Positions 1 through 12,286 of a stretch of DNA of 64,000 nt are shown here, in pieces; position 1 is the first letter of the stretch, and each line of letters opens with the position of its first letter. Under the pieces are notes generated by a model, which ran no database searches, was not told where the DNA came from, and saw nothing but the letters and a program-made list of their open reading frames with translations. The DNA is taken from assembly GCA_001643675.2 (NCBI GenBank), contig LSRY02000043.1:434001-498000 (forward strand). Reading direction: 5' to 3'. The position numbers and the translations under genes were made by a program. This DNA is from Monocercomonoides exilis PA203 (lineage: Eukaryota; Protista; Preaxostyla).

Positions 1-1
1 A

Positions 2-1660
2 ACAGAAGTCATTCTTCATCCATTGAACAAGCTGCACTTGTTTTTTGAGAATGATCATACAAAACTGTGGCAAGTTTTTCCAGCTCTAATTCAATCAGTT
101 TCATTTCTAATAAGTTTATCAAAACATAGCTTATTCAAAGATTTGGAATTTCACAATGCGATTACAAACATTCTTGTTTTATTACATAATTATTTTTTCA
201 CGGGAACTTATGGTCAAATAATTCCTTTAGCGTTTTCATTAACTCCCATTGGAATGCAATTGTACAGACTCAAAATGTTCACTCAAAACTTTATTAATGC
301 TTCAAATTACCAAGAAAAAGAAAAGGAAAAAAATCATACGGAGAATTCAACAATAACAGTAAGTCTGGATGGTGCTTCTGAATAACATTCTCTATCTTCA
401 GATGCTTCAGACTTTTCTTCTCAAAATTTTGCCTCATTGCAATTATCTCAAAAAGTTTCGACAAACAAGCAAAAAGCATATTTATCAACAAACTCTGTAT
501 TGAATACCGAGGCTCAGTTGTCAGCTTTGTCGCATTTGCAAAATCAAGATAATCATGTTGATAATCATTGTTCAACAATTGACGGGTTTTTCCAAGCAAA
601 GAATAATATTACATCAAGAGAATCGGAATTAATCAATAAAGAGTGTATAGCAAGTATTTTAGATTTGATACATAAAATTGAAAATGATCAATTTGTTTTT
701 TCTATTGAGAATAATATTATTTCAGGAGAAGAAGAAGCAGATAGCGATTCAGAAGACGATGAACTTGGATTACTTCTGGCAGAAGAACTTGCCTCTGATG
801 ATATGTTCGAATTTGGATCTTCACGAAATTTTGAATCAGAAACAATTGCGAATGAGACTTCTGATAGAACAGCAGTGCTTTCCTCCTCCTCCTCCTTTTC
901 GTCGTCGTCTTCGTCTTCCTCTTCGTCTTCTTCTTCATCGGCCTCTGCCTCAGTCTCTGCTTTATCTTCATCCTCTTCCTCATCCTTGCTATCGCCAGCT
1001 TCATCTTCATCTTCTTCAAATTGTCAACTTTCATGTTTCAACAGCTCTTTCTCGCAAGAGATTAACTCCGAAGTTTCCTCGACATTGACATTTAACGATA
1101 CAAGTGAGCCACATTCGATTGATTTTGAACTAAGAAATTCATCTTGTGCTTTCGAAGACAATTCTGACGAAAATGATGATGAACAAGAAATGGATATCAG
1201 CGTACATGATGAAAATGAAGTTGAACTTCTTTTCTCGACAAGAAAGATTGAAGTGTGCAATGAATTATCTTTTGAAAAAGAAATGGAAATATTGAAGAAC
1301 ATAGAAAATTACTTAACAGCCGATTGGTATTCACGATTATTTGAAGCTTTCTCGATGTACACAAGAAAATCAATTCGACACCTGGAAGAAAAATACATAA
1401 ATGGATGCTTATTAATTTTTCAAAGGTTTTTGAAATCAAGCCCAGAAAGTGTGATTGAAAAAGACTCAGAAGTTTTTTACAGGGCCTTTTCCTCCTACGG
1501 AGATCTGCAAATGGTTTTCTCAGGACTCTGCTTGACTCTGATTTGTTCTCCTTGCAGCGAAGCAAGTTGCGAACGAATCATATCCAAAATGAGATTCATT
1601 CTCGGTGATAAACGTTTTCCAATAAGCATTCAGACGCTGGATGCTCTCCTTCGAATATAA
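2..1660 (+). pseudogene. hAT-superfamily transposase, 3' part, with one in-frame TAA (383-385); 5' end lies outside the window
   Basis: ORFs 23-385 and 437-1660 share a frame and are separated only by TAA 383-385. The N-terminal part ILHPLNKLHLFFENDHTKLWQVFP resembles the hAT L-x-P...E-x-D...L-x-x-V-x-P segment. The C-terminus LICSPCSEASCERIISKMRFILGDKR...TLDALLRI matches the hAT C-terminal (Dimer_Tnp_hAT) S-x-A-x-C-E-R-x-F-S motif. A poly-Ser insertion lies at about 880-1020. Confidence 0.75.
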
Positions 1661-2346
1661 TGCTTCTCTTTTTTTAATTTAAACAAAACAAAAAAAAATC
1701 CAAATATTTTCATTCTATGAAATACTTTTAACTTGATTATTCATTTCATCAATTATTCCTGAAACAATACACAAACATTTGGAAATGAAGTTTGTATTTT
1801 TTTTCATAATAATCTTTAATTAATCATATATAAATGAAAAAAAGTTGTTCTTTTGAAAAATTGCAAAGATAGTGCATCAGATGAAGAAGGTTGAATCAAC
1901 GAATACAACAACTGAAATGAGTTCACAAATTCATAAACTCTCTTTTTGGTTTTATTTTCCTTATGTTACTATTTTTCTCACAACAAAATATTTCCTTTTT
2001 GATAGAATAAATCCTTTGAAAAACTGAACATATTCTGGTTAACTCGCAGGGTTCATCTATAAAGTCGATGCTTGCATCATTTTTCTTTTCTTTTCCATGT
2101 CAAGATCTTTTTCAAGATCTTCGTTCTCTATTTCCTCTTCTCTTATTTCATTCTCTTTTATAATTTTCTTCTTTTTTCTTTATTCCGTTTCTCTCCTTCT
2201 CCTGTTCCTCTCTCTCACTCTCTTATGTCATATTCGTTGTTAAGTTACACTCTTTCCCTTTTCAACTTTCACAAATTCATTCAAAATCTGTGCGGAAGTG
2301 TTAGTTGGGGATTTTTGCTTGGAGGAAATGTAATTGAAAGCTAAAG

Positions 2347-4795
2347 TCAGATTTGTGAGAAGAATAGACGATGATAAAGAAGAAGAAGAGGAGAAGAAGA
2401 AGGAGAAAAAGAAAAAGAAAAAGAAAAAGAAGAAGAAGAAGAAGAAGAAGAAGATGATGATGATGATGATGACGATAATGAGGAGGAGGAGGAAGAGGCA
2501 AAAGAATATGACAAAGGAGAAAACGAAGAAGCGAGTGAGGCACCAACAACACCCAAGACCTATGATGTGCGGAGTATGTGGTGATACAACAGCTGGACAG
2601 ATTCTCCGTCTTTAACATTCTGCTTCCTCCCAAAAAACAAGGAAACAGTGTTAGCCTGCGAGAAAGGGAAGAAATCATCTTTCTCTTTTTTCTTCTTTAC
2701 CTTTGGAGAAGCGATGAGGACTGCCGACTGGAACACCTTTTTGATGAAGCGGAGAGAAGATGAAAAGAAAGATTTTTTGCCTGGGCATTGCAGAGGACAA
2801 GGAGATTCCCTGAGGAAAGAGGAGGAAGCGATTGAGGCGCCTTCGTATGTTCTGTGGGAGGGAAACGAAGAAAATGGAGAAGGAAGAGGAAAAGAAGTGG
2901 ATGAAGAAGGCTTGGAGTTGTCAGTAGATGGCACAAGAGAGGAAGGCGATCCTTCGATGTGAGGAAGCGATTCTCCTAATGTGACAGTTTTGGTGAATCC
3001 TTTTCTGATTGTGCTGTCTGTTGAAGAGACTGAAGAAGCAGAAGAAGAAGATAGAGCAGAACGTGTTAGGACGGCGAGTGGAAGAAGCGACAAAGAAAGA
3101 GAACTTGTTGACTGTGAAGTGGAAAAAGAAGAAGAAGGCAGGAAAGGCAGCATGAAAGGAAGAAGCAGAGAAATAGGCAGTGTTGAGGAAAGTGACTGTG
3201 TGGGAGAGGGCAAGCGGAAGAGCAGTGGTCAACGCTGTTCCAAATCGGAGTAAGGGGTGGAAGATGAGGCAGAGATAAATGAAGCAGAAGCAGAAGGGGA
3301 AGGGGAAGGGAAAGGGAAAGAGATTGACGTATCAGAAGACATGCCGGAAATAGTGGATTTAGCAGAGTATTTTAGCGGAGAGATTGGAGAAACAGAAGAA
3401 GGATAAAGAGACAAGGGAGAGAAAATTGGTGAAGGAAAGGTGGAATGAACAGCCTTGTCGGGTATGGAGTCGGAGGCGGTTGGAGCTGCAGCTGTTGCTA
3501 CAGAAGCAGAAGCAGAAGCAGTTGATGTTGAGTTTGTTGTTGCTGCTGCTATTGATGTTGATGCAGATGTTGGAGTTGTTGTGTGTTTATCTGACTATTT
3601 GCATTGCTTCATATAAACCATTTCGAATGTTTCGGAGTCTGATGATGTTTCGAACGTGCTCTCATTATCAGGAAGCTTCCGGTCAGACATCTCTTCTCCT
3701 TCTTCTGATATTTCTTCTTCTTCCTCTTCCTTCTCCTCTTCTTCATTTCTTTCTTTTCTTCCTCTTTTCTCTCATCATTATCTCCATCACCATTATGTCT
3801 TGCTTCTTCCTCTTCTTTCTCGTCATCGTTATCAAGCAGAATAACTACTGTTTCCCACTTTTAACAATCGTGTCATATTTTCCTCCTCCAATTAGTTCAA
3901 AATTGAACTGAAAAGAAACTAGTTTTACATATGATATTTCAAAAAGATAGAAGAATAAAAGAACTCTATCACTTAATTGAGAGGTTTACCACTTTTTTCT
4001 CCTCATTTTCCTTCTCTCTTCCTTTTCTCCGAAATTCCTGGAAATTGACTCTCGCTAATTCCAAGGAATTCCTCCGAAGTGGGAATTTCTCCATCGGTAG
4101 ATTCTGTACGCGATGGAGAAATGGTTGCGTAATGTGATGAGAGACAAGTGCTTATGAGCAACTTACAGCCGCTGCTCCAGCCGATGGCGAGTCGTTAAAG
4201 AGAAGATGGAGGGAAGAGAAAAGGAAGAAGAGATAGAAGAAGTGGAAGTGGAAGAAGAAGAAGATACAGAAGTTAATGCTGATGATGATTGAGCCTCTCG
4301 ATCGCAATGGTGACTTTGTGGGACGAATATGAAGTGGGAGGTATTTTTGCAGTTCCTATGCTGATGGCGATTGGGGGAGTCTGTGTTGTGCAGAGGAGAA
4401 GTTGGTAGAATCAGCAGATACTCAGACAAACATGTGTGTGTTTGGGATTCGGTGATGAACGGCAGCAGATTCTTAGGAGATGGAAGAGAAGGAAAGGCAG
4501 GTGAAGCAAATGAAGAAGGAGAAGGAGAAGAAGAAGAAGAAAAATAAAGGAAGGAAGATGAGAAATAAATACAATTATTAAAGATTATCCATCATTGCTT
4601 GCTTCAAGTCCATCTGAACTTTAAGGAGATGATAACATTGAAGGTCCTCTTCAACTGAGTGCTTCATAAATGAAATCTGCTCATTGCTTATTTGAAGTTC
4701 TCATCTCCTGAATTCTTTTCAAGGTCCATAAAGACAGTCATTTTCCCCTTTGCGTTTATTTTTATCTTCCATCACGTTTTTCTCTTTTTATTTCA
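2347..4795 (-). pseudogene. Decayed host gene (Ser/Glu-rich hypothetical protein), 3' part, downstream of the Merlin insertion; boundaries approximate
   Basis: Minus-strand ORFs 3229-3414, 2560-3213 and 2347-2556 are in one frame and separated by single stops (TGA 3229-3231, TAG 2560-2562). The frame at about 4590-4795 continues the frame at 13031-13320 across the TSD. Confidence 0.55.
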
Positions 4796-4803
4796 CTCCT
4801 AAC
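4796..4803 (+). repeat. Left target-site duplication CTCCTAAC
   Basis: An identical direct 8-mer lies at 13023-13030; both copies abut the inverted termini GGCATAGG.../...CCTATGCC. Confidence 0.95.
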
Positions 4804-7541
4804 GGCATAGGTGTAACTGCGTCCCTTTTGCAATTCTTGTTTTTAGACATTAATTTTGTGATGTTTGAAATGCAAAAATTATTTAAAAACTTTTGTATGG
4901 ACCGATTTTTCGCAAAAATTTTTGTTTCTCGTGAAAAAACTATTTTAAAAAATGACCCATAAATATGAGTATTTTTTCAAAAAATAAATAAAACAAGATA
5001 ATTATGAAATAAAAAGTAGATAAAATGTTATTTATTATTATATTGTCCTATTTTAATAATAATGATTTGGGAAATAAAACATAAAAAAAAATAAATTAAA
5101 AAATTAAAATATTTTGATCAATCCCACAATTAAATTTTTAATATCCAAAAAATAAGAAATTAGTTTCTTTCGTCAAGAATAGAACCCTCGCTTGCGAACA
5201 TATAACAAATCAAATGTTTAGAAATATTATAAAAGTGTGCACTAAATGATTATTAACATTTCATTCAATTCTTTACAATTTTTGATTATGATTTTTAGGA
5301 AGATTATTTGCATGCTGCACAAGGATATTATTATTAAACTATGGTGCCAATGAATAAAGAAGAACAAACAAATCGTGTGAAACATTCTTTTTAATTATTA
5401 ACATTGTTTTATTAAAATTTTTGATAAAACATGAAAAATTTTATTATCTTTCTTCCAAAGAGAGATGCGTATGAAAACAAAGCTCCTGTTAACACAGCAA
5501 CAGCAAAGAAAATAGAGGAGAAATGTTTCAGGCAACGAAATGAAGAGAAAAAATGAATTTTGCATTTGTGAAGATGAAGTTAGATACAGACACAACCAGC
5601 ATGAGGAATGTATTTTCATTGATTGTTACAACATCACATCCCAGATCAATGAAAGTCAATTTCTGTTTGATCTTCGAGAGGGACATAACACTCGTAATAA
5701 TGCAATTAATGGAAAAGATTATTGCGAACACCACAGCGATACGGATTTGAATGGATTTGTAACAATTCATCAAAGTGATACGATTATTGTGAGCAGCGTG
5801 AATGGATCAAACGAAAAACAGTGTGGAACAAACACACTTCCATGTTATTCAATTGAGCATGGGCTGGTGCATCTGACTTCTGATTTCATGAGCGTGATGA
5901 TTGTTGTTGAAGAGAGTGTAATAGGAAGAGATAAATCTGAAGGAGATGGGTTTTAAAGGGGGAGAAGGAATGGAGAAAAACACATCTCTGCGGATATTGG
6001 ATGAGGGATGTCAATTGGGAGGAATCGCGAGTGAAAGAGGATCATCATTTTTCATCCCTGTCTTGGAAGAAGTGAAGAGCACAACACAGGCGAGTGGGGA
6101 CATGGACTTGAGCATTCGTGGGAAGCTGCTTCTTCCTCACAAATTGTCTCTGAAGATCAGCATGAAAAATGGGGATGAAGAGGAGATTGTGAGAAAAGGG
6201 ATTGAAGAAGAAGGGTTTGTTTCAGAGAATGAGATTCGCTCAGTTATTTCATGTTCAGAATTGGAGAAAGTGAGAGACGAGACAGAAGTGAGCGTGTGCA
6301 TTCTGTTTGGAAAAGTTGATTCTCCTTCATCAACTGAGTCTTTCATTCTGAAAAATGGAAGCGAAACACATTCAAGTGGAGATGAAAAACTTGTTGAGGG
6401 AGGAAAAGAAGGAAAATCATTTTGGCCGATTGCTGTTGTTGTTTGAGTTGTTGTTTTATTGTTTGTAATCATTGTTTCTGTGATATTTGCAGTCAGATGA
6501 AGAAAACAAAAGAGAAGAACAAAGGAATTGGAGGAGATTGTGAATGACACAGTGAAAAAGAATCCGAAGGCATTTGAGGTGGTGACGATGGAGATGTCGC
6601 CTGAAGAGCAGTGGCGAAGAGCAGAGAAAGAGGCAGAAAAGAAGAATGAAGAGAGGATAAAGAAGAGGGTGTATGATTCAAATATGGAACATTCAGAGTC
6701 ATCTGAGCATCTTCTATCTGAGAGTGGTTCGACTGAATACATCCTTGGAAGAGACTCTGACAAGATTCCTGAATGGGCATTGGAGAAAGATGAGGAAGAA
6801 GAGATAAGGAAGAGAACACCTTCTCCATCCATTTCATCGACTTCAACCACTTCAACCACATCAACAACTGATTCAGATTTCACATTTGTTCGAGGGGAGG
6901 ATTTGTGTCCAACCACTTCATCCATGTCGAATCTGGTGGATGCTATGGCCTGCTCGTCTCCCCATGAGAAGCTGATTGTGGATCTGAGGGATTCGCTGTT
7001 CATGCTGCTTCATGGAAGGAATGAGAAGAAAGAAATGGCGATTGGGAGTCTTCAGCAAAGAGAGCAGACAGCTGCTCAAATCCTGTTCTGGGTGGCGAAT
7101 GGAGCTCTCCATTCATTTGATGAAATGAACAATACTCTTTCTTCCCTTGCCAACCTCAGTCCTCACATTGTGTTGTTTTCAGAGCACATGGTGATTGCGA
7201 TTGCCATGCACTCCGACTGCTCCTCTGATGATTCAGATTCATCCTCCATCTCATCATCAACAGTTGTGACATCTGCCAGTGGCAACGATGATGATGATGA
7301 TGACTCCATTCCCTCATCGGCATTTGAAGAGGATGAGGATGCCTTCAGAAAGGAGTGCCTGAGGTGGAAGGCACCAGAGCTGCTGATGAACAAGAAGATG
7401 GGGGCAACAAAGGAGTCAGTTGCCTTTTCGATTGGGATGATGTTGTGGGATTGTTTGACCCTTCAAATCCCTATTGGAGATTATAAGGCAGAAGTGGCAG
7501 GGCAGAAGATTGTGAATGGAGAGATATCGAATATGAAAAAA
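4804..7541 (+). repeat. Left inverted arm (2,738 bp) of the Merlin element
   Basis: Mirror ORFs have constant coordinate sums: 5540+12286, 5946+11880 and 6528+11298 all equal 17826, and 7163+10675 equals 17838. The arm appears identical to the right arm over 4804-6614 and 7122-7541 and is diverged over 6615-7121. Confidence 0.95.
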
Positions 7542-7643
7542 GTTGAGTGGTTTCGACTGAAATATATGATAAAAAAAAGTGTACCGGTTCAGATGCCAGA
7601 TAGAATATCATTTTCAGAAATGATAAAAAAATTCATTTGGTAG
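5540..7643 (+). pseudogene. Captured fragment of a receptor-pseudokinase family gene: partial ectodomain, TM helix and TK-like C-lobe
   Basis: Homologous by eye to the 40189-52425 protein (QINESQFLFDLRE, QCGTNTLPCYSI, KGGEG, MEMSPEEQWRR, LRWKAPELL). It has frameshifts, an internal deletion of about 300 codons at about 5950, in-frame TGAs at 6444 and 6498, and TAG at 7641. Confidence 0.85.
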
Positions 7644-8241
7644 TTTCGTGACTATGCAGCAATACAGATTGTGTCAAATGCGATGTGCTATGCGGGAGGA
7701 ATTTGAGAAGAAAGAGTCGATTTCTTTGCTCAAAAAAACAGCAGAATAGTGGAGTGTGTTCTGATAGATGAGCACAAAGATATTATCGTTGTTGGCAATG
7801 GGAACAGCACAAACAACAAAAGCGAAAGAAATTGAAAAGACAATTTTGAAACAAATGAAATGTGTATGTGTGAATGCGTTTATACATGGATTGTTGCATG
7901 CAAATAAATACTTCAAATTAACTCAAAGGGAATAAAATTTTTTTTGTTCTGAATTGTGATAATTGTTTTATAGAACAAACTCTTTATTTTTGCATATATT
8001 GAAAAATCGAATGAATTCAATGTTTGAATTTCTTGCATTTTTGTATTTTTATAAATGTTGTTTTATTTTGAAACTTCATTAAAAACTGTGCAAATAATAT
8101 TAAAATAAAATATGTTTTTCTTTCTTTAAAAATTCAAAATATTAAAGTGCATATTTCACTCGAAAACATAAAAAAAAGAGCCATTATTAATATACATTAA
8201 TTCAAATTTTTTAACTTTAGCAAAGTCAATCCATTTCACAA

Positions 8242-9387
8242 ATGGTTGAAAACAAATCATTTGAAAAAGAATTAACATTCAGTGAGTTTTTAATGCGATC
8301 GAATGGGAAAAATCAATTGGCTATTGAATTGCTTTCCAAATTTGGGATAATAAAAAGAAATCGAATGTGCTGGAAATGCGAAAAAGCAATGGAATTAAGG
8401 ATGCAAAAAAAAGAAAGTGATTACTATGCTTATAAATGCACGAAATGTGGGAAAAATTACAGCTGGAATTATGATTCAATTTTTATGGAATTTCATCTTT
8501 CACCATTCAAACTTACATCATTGTTGTATCATTTTTGGTACAAACACTCAATTAAGGAAGTCACTTTTGAATCGAAAATATCAAACAAAACAGTAGTGAA
8601 ATTATTTGAAAAGTTAAGAAGAATATGCTGTTATTTTGAAACATTCGAAATGGAAAAAATAGGAAAAGATCGAATAGTGGAAATAGATGAAACTTTAATT
8701 CATAAAAGAAAGAACGGTGTTGGGAGATGCAGAGAACAGCAATGGCTATGGGGAGTAGTAGAGAGAAAAGAAATTGGAAAGCCACAAAAATTGATTGTCG
8801 AATTTCTTCCAGATCGAAAAGCTGATACCATATTGTATTTTGTAAAAAAGAACATTGAAAGATCTTCAACTATAATGTCTGACAAATGGTCGGCATATAA
8901 CTGCATTAGTGAAAACGGCTTCACCATTGACAGTGTAAATCATTCTCTCAATTTTGTTAAGCCTGAAAATCCTAAAGTTTACACTCAAACAATCGAAAGT
9001 GTGTGGTCTCATCTGAAAAACCACATTCCAAAAAGAGGAAGAACATTCATTAAGACAAAAGAATATGTTTATGAATTTCAATATCGATTCAACAACAGAC
9101 TCACACCTGCAGCATACATAAAGGAACTTTCAAAAATCAGCAAGAAAAGTTTGGATATTTTTCTTCGTTCTTACAATGAAAGCGTTGCAAGTTTGAAAAG
9201 CATTCTTCTGAAAGAAAGGAAATTTAAATTGTCTTCTTATTTATTAAAGAAAGAGGAATTGAGAAAAAGAAACAACTATGAAATGTATGATGAAAATGAA
9301 CTTGATGAAATGTTGAAGAAAAAAAGATCATTAAAGCTAATATTAGAAATAAAAGAATCAACAAATTTAAAAAAGAAGAAAAAATAG
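8242..9387 (+). CDS. Merlin/ISXO2-like (IS1595 family) DDE transposase, 381 aa; C-terminus possibly extended by frameshifts to about 9787
   Basis: N-terminal Zn ribbon CWKC...CTKC. Catalytic motifs are VEIDET, GR...QWLWGVVER, PDRKADT, IMSDKWSAY, VNHSLNFV, TQTIESVWS and YVYEFQYRFN. Confidence 0.92.
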   Translation: MVENKSFEKELTFSEFLMRSNGKNQLAIELLSKFGIIKRNRMCWKCEKAMELRMQKKESDYYAYKCTKCGKNYSWNYDSIFMEFHLSPFKLTSLLYHFWYKHSIKEVTFESKISNKTVVKLFEKLRRICCYFETFEMEKIGKDRIVEIDETLIHKRKNGVGRCREQQWLWGVVERKEIGKPQKLIVEFLPDRKADTILYFVKKNIERSSTIMSDKWSAYNCISENGFTIDSVNHSLNFVKPENPKVYTQTIESVWSHLKNHIPKRGRTFIKTKEYVYEFQYRFNNRLTPAAYIKELSKISKKSLDIFLRSYNESVASLKSILLKERKFKLSSYLLKKEELRKRNNYEMYDENELDEMLKKKRSLKLILEIKESTNLKKKKK

Positions 9388-9398
9388 ATGATGAAGAT

Positions 9399-9479
9399 GA
9401 GAAAGAAGAGAAAGAAGAGAAAGAAGAGAAAGAAGAGAAAGAAGAGAAAGAAGAGAAAGAAGAGAAAGAAGAGAAAGAA
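9399..9479 (+). repeat. Tandem 9-bp repeat (GAGAAAGAA)x9
   Basis: Read directly; it encodes EKE repeats in the -1 frame relative to the transposase. Confidence 0.9.
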
Positions 9480-10037
9480 ACAGAAACAAAAGTTGAAACT
9501 GAAGATGATATATTTTCATCAGACATTGATTGCAAAACTGCAAGAAAGAAGAAAAAAGAAAAAGATATAGATCATGCGATGGAAGATTTCTGAAAAACAA
9601 CGACAGCCAACAGTTAAAAACGTTAGAGTTTGAAACCCTAAAGTTTTGTGAAAAAAAGAGAGAAAAGATTGAAGAAATGGAGAAAAAAGAAAAAGATAAA
9701 ACAAATGCAATTCTTAATCGAAAAATACTAAGAAGTTTTATTAAGTCAACAAATATTGGAACAGAACAGTCTCCAATAAATTTATGAATTTTTATTTCAC
9801 AACACTATCAATCACATCACATTTTGATCACGTTGCAAAAAAAATCCTAATTAACGCAAGTGTTCGTAAATGAATTTCTAATAAAAACAAACTTCATCTC
9901 CTTTTTGTGAAATTTGAATTACACATTTCGATGCAAATGAGTTAACAATCTTGTAATCGTAAACATAAATAAGTCCATACGCATGTCCATCAGCATATAA
10001 ATTTTCATTTGTTTCATTATATTGTTGAAACCATGCT

Positions 10038-12286
10038 TCACAAACACATATTGGCATTAACATTTGCTTCACTTATTTGTTCCATCTTCACGCGCAAGAC
10101 ACAAATATGCTCAGACAATGCACTCTTTCCAATGGACTCTGCTGCAATCCCGATTATGTCAGTCATTGTCTTCACAGTTGCACCTTCAGGAAAATCTTCA
10201 ACCAGCACACACTTTATTACCACGTGCGATAGTCTGTCTTCAAAATGCGATAACACACTCATCTTAACTTTCTGCTTTAGCCTGTCCTTCAAACCATTTT
10301 TTCATATTCGATATCTCTCCATTCACAATCTTCTGCCCTGCCACTTCTGCCTTATAATCTCCAATAGGGATTTGAAGGGTCAAACAATCCCACAACATCA
10401 TCCCAATCGAAAAGGCAACTGACTCCTTTGTTGCCCCCATCTTCTTGTTCATCAGCAGCTCTGGTGCCTTCCACCTCAGGCACTCCTTTCTGAAGGCATC
10501 CTCATCCTCTTCAAATGCCGATGAGGGAATGGAGTCATCATCATCATCATCGTTGCCACTGGCAGATGTCACAACTGTTGATGATGAGATGGAGGATGAA
10601 TCTGAATCATCAGAGGAGCAGTCGGAGTGCATGGCAATCGCAATCACCATGTGCTCTGAAAACAACACAATGTGAGGACTGAGGTTGGCAAGGGAAGAAA
10701 GAGTATTGTTCATTTCGTCAAATGAATGGAGCGCGAGATTAGCCACCCAGAACAGGATCTGAGCAGCTGTTTGCTCCCTCTCCTTCAGAGTTCCTATTGC
10801 CATCTCCTTCGTCTTATTCCTTCCATGCAACAGCATGAACAGCGAATCCCTCAGATCCACAATCAGCTTCTCATGAGGAGATGAGCAGGCCATTGCATCG
10901 ACAAGATTCGACATGGATGAGGTGGTTGGGCACAGATCCTCTCCTCGAACAAATGTTGAATCTGAATCAGTTGTGGATGTGGAAGAGATGGAAGGTGAAG
11001 GTGTTCTCTTTCTTGTATCTTCCTCTTCTTCTTCATCTTTCTCCAATGCCCAATCAGGAATTTTGTCTGAGTCTTTTCCAAGAATGTATTCAGTTGATCC
11101 ACTCTCACTCAACAAATGCTCAGACGACTCCGAATGTTGCATATTCGTATCATATATTCTCTTCTTTATCCTCTCTTCATTCTTCTTCTCTGCTTCCCTC
11201 TCTGCTCTCCTCCACTGCTCTTCAGGCGACATCTCCATCGTCACCACCTCAAATGCCTTCGGATTCTTTTTCACTGTGTCATTCACAATCTCCTCCAATT
11301 CCTTTGTTCTTCTCTTTTGTTTTCTTCATCTGACTGCAAATATCACAGAAACAATGATTACAAACAATAAAACAACAACTCAAACAACAACAGCAATCGG
11401 CCAAAATGATTTTCCTTCTTTTCCTCCCTCAACAAGTTTTTCATCTCCACTTGAATGTGTTTCGCTTCCATTTTTCAGAATGAAAGACTCAGTTGATGAA
11501 GGAGAATCAACTTTTCCAAACAGAATGCACACGCTCACTTCTGTCTCGTCTCTCACTTTCTCCAATTCTGAACATGAAATAACTGAGCGAATCTCATTCT
11601 CTGAAACAAACCCTTCTTCTTCAATCCCTTTTCTCACAATCTCCTCTTCATCCCCATTTTTCATGCTGATCTTCAGAGACAATTTGTGAGGAAGAAGCAG
11701 CTTCCCACGAATGCTCAAGTCCATGTCCCCACTCGCCTGTGTTGTGCTCTTCACTTCTTCCAAGACAGGGATGAAAAATGATGATCCTCTTTCACTCGCG
11801 ATTCCTCCCAATTGACATCCCTCATCCAATATCCGCAGAGATGTGTTTTTCTCCATTCCTTCTCCCCCTTTAAAACCCATCTCCTTCAGATTTATCTCTT
11901 CCTATTACACTCTCTTCAACAACAATCATCACGCTCATGAAATCAGAAGTCAGATGCACCAGCCCATGCTCAATTGAATAACATGGAAGTGTGTTTGTTC
12001 CACACTGTTTTTCGTTTGATCCATTCACGCTGCTCACAATAATCGTATCACTTTGATGAATTGTTACAAATCCATTCAAATCCGTATCGCTGTGGTGTTC
12101 GCAATAATCTTTTCCATTAATTGCATTATTACGAGTGTTATGTCCCTCTCGAAGATCAAACAGAAATTGACTTTCATTGATCTGGGATGTGATGTTGTAA
12201 CAATCAATGAAAATACATTCCTCATGCTGGTTGTGTCTGTATCTAACTTCATCTTCACAAATGCAAAATTCATTTTTTCTCTTCAT
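10038..12286 (-). pseudogene. Second (inverted) captured receptor-pseudokinase fragment with its own C-terminal tail
   Basis: Mirror of 5540-7541. ORF 10264-11298 is the pseudokinase. After a frameshift at about 10295, ORF 10038-10292 (EDRLS...FPEGATVKTMTDIIG) matches the family C-terminus (FPEGYVMLTMTDTI at about 63400). Confidence 0.85.

Noticed and set aside
8242-9387. Bacterial IS1595 or bacterial contamination
   Set aside because: The context is eukaryotic (spliceosomal introns, microsatellites) and the cargo is host-family sequence, so this is the eukaryotic Merlin branch.
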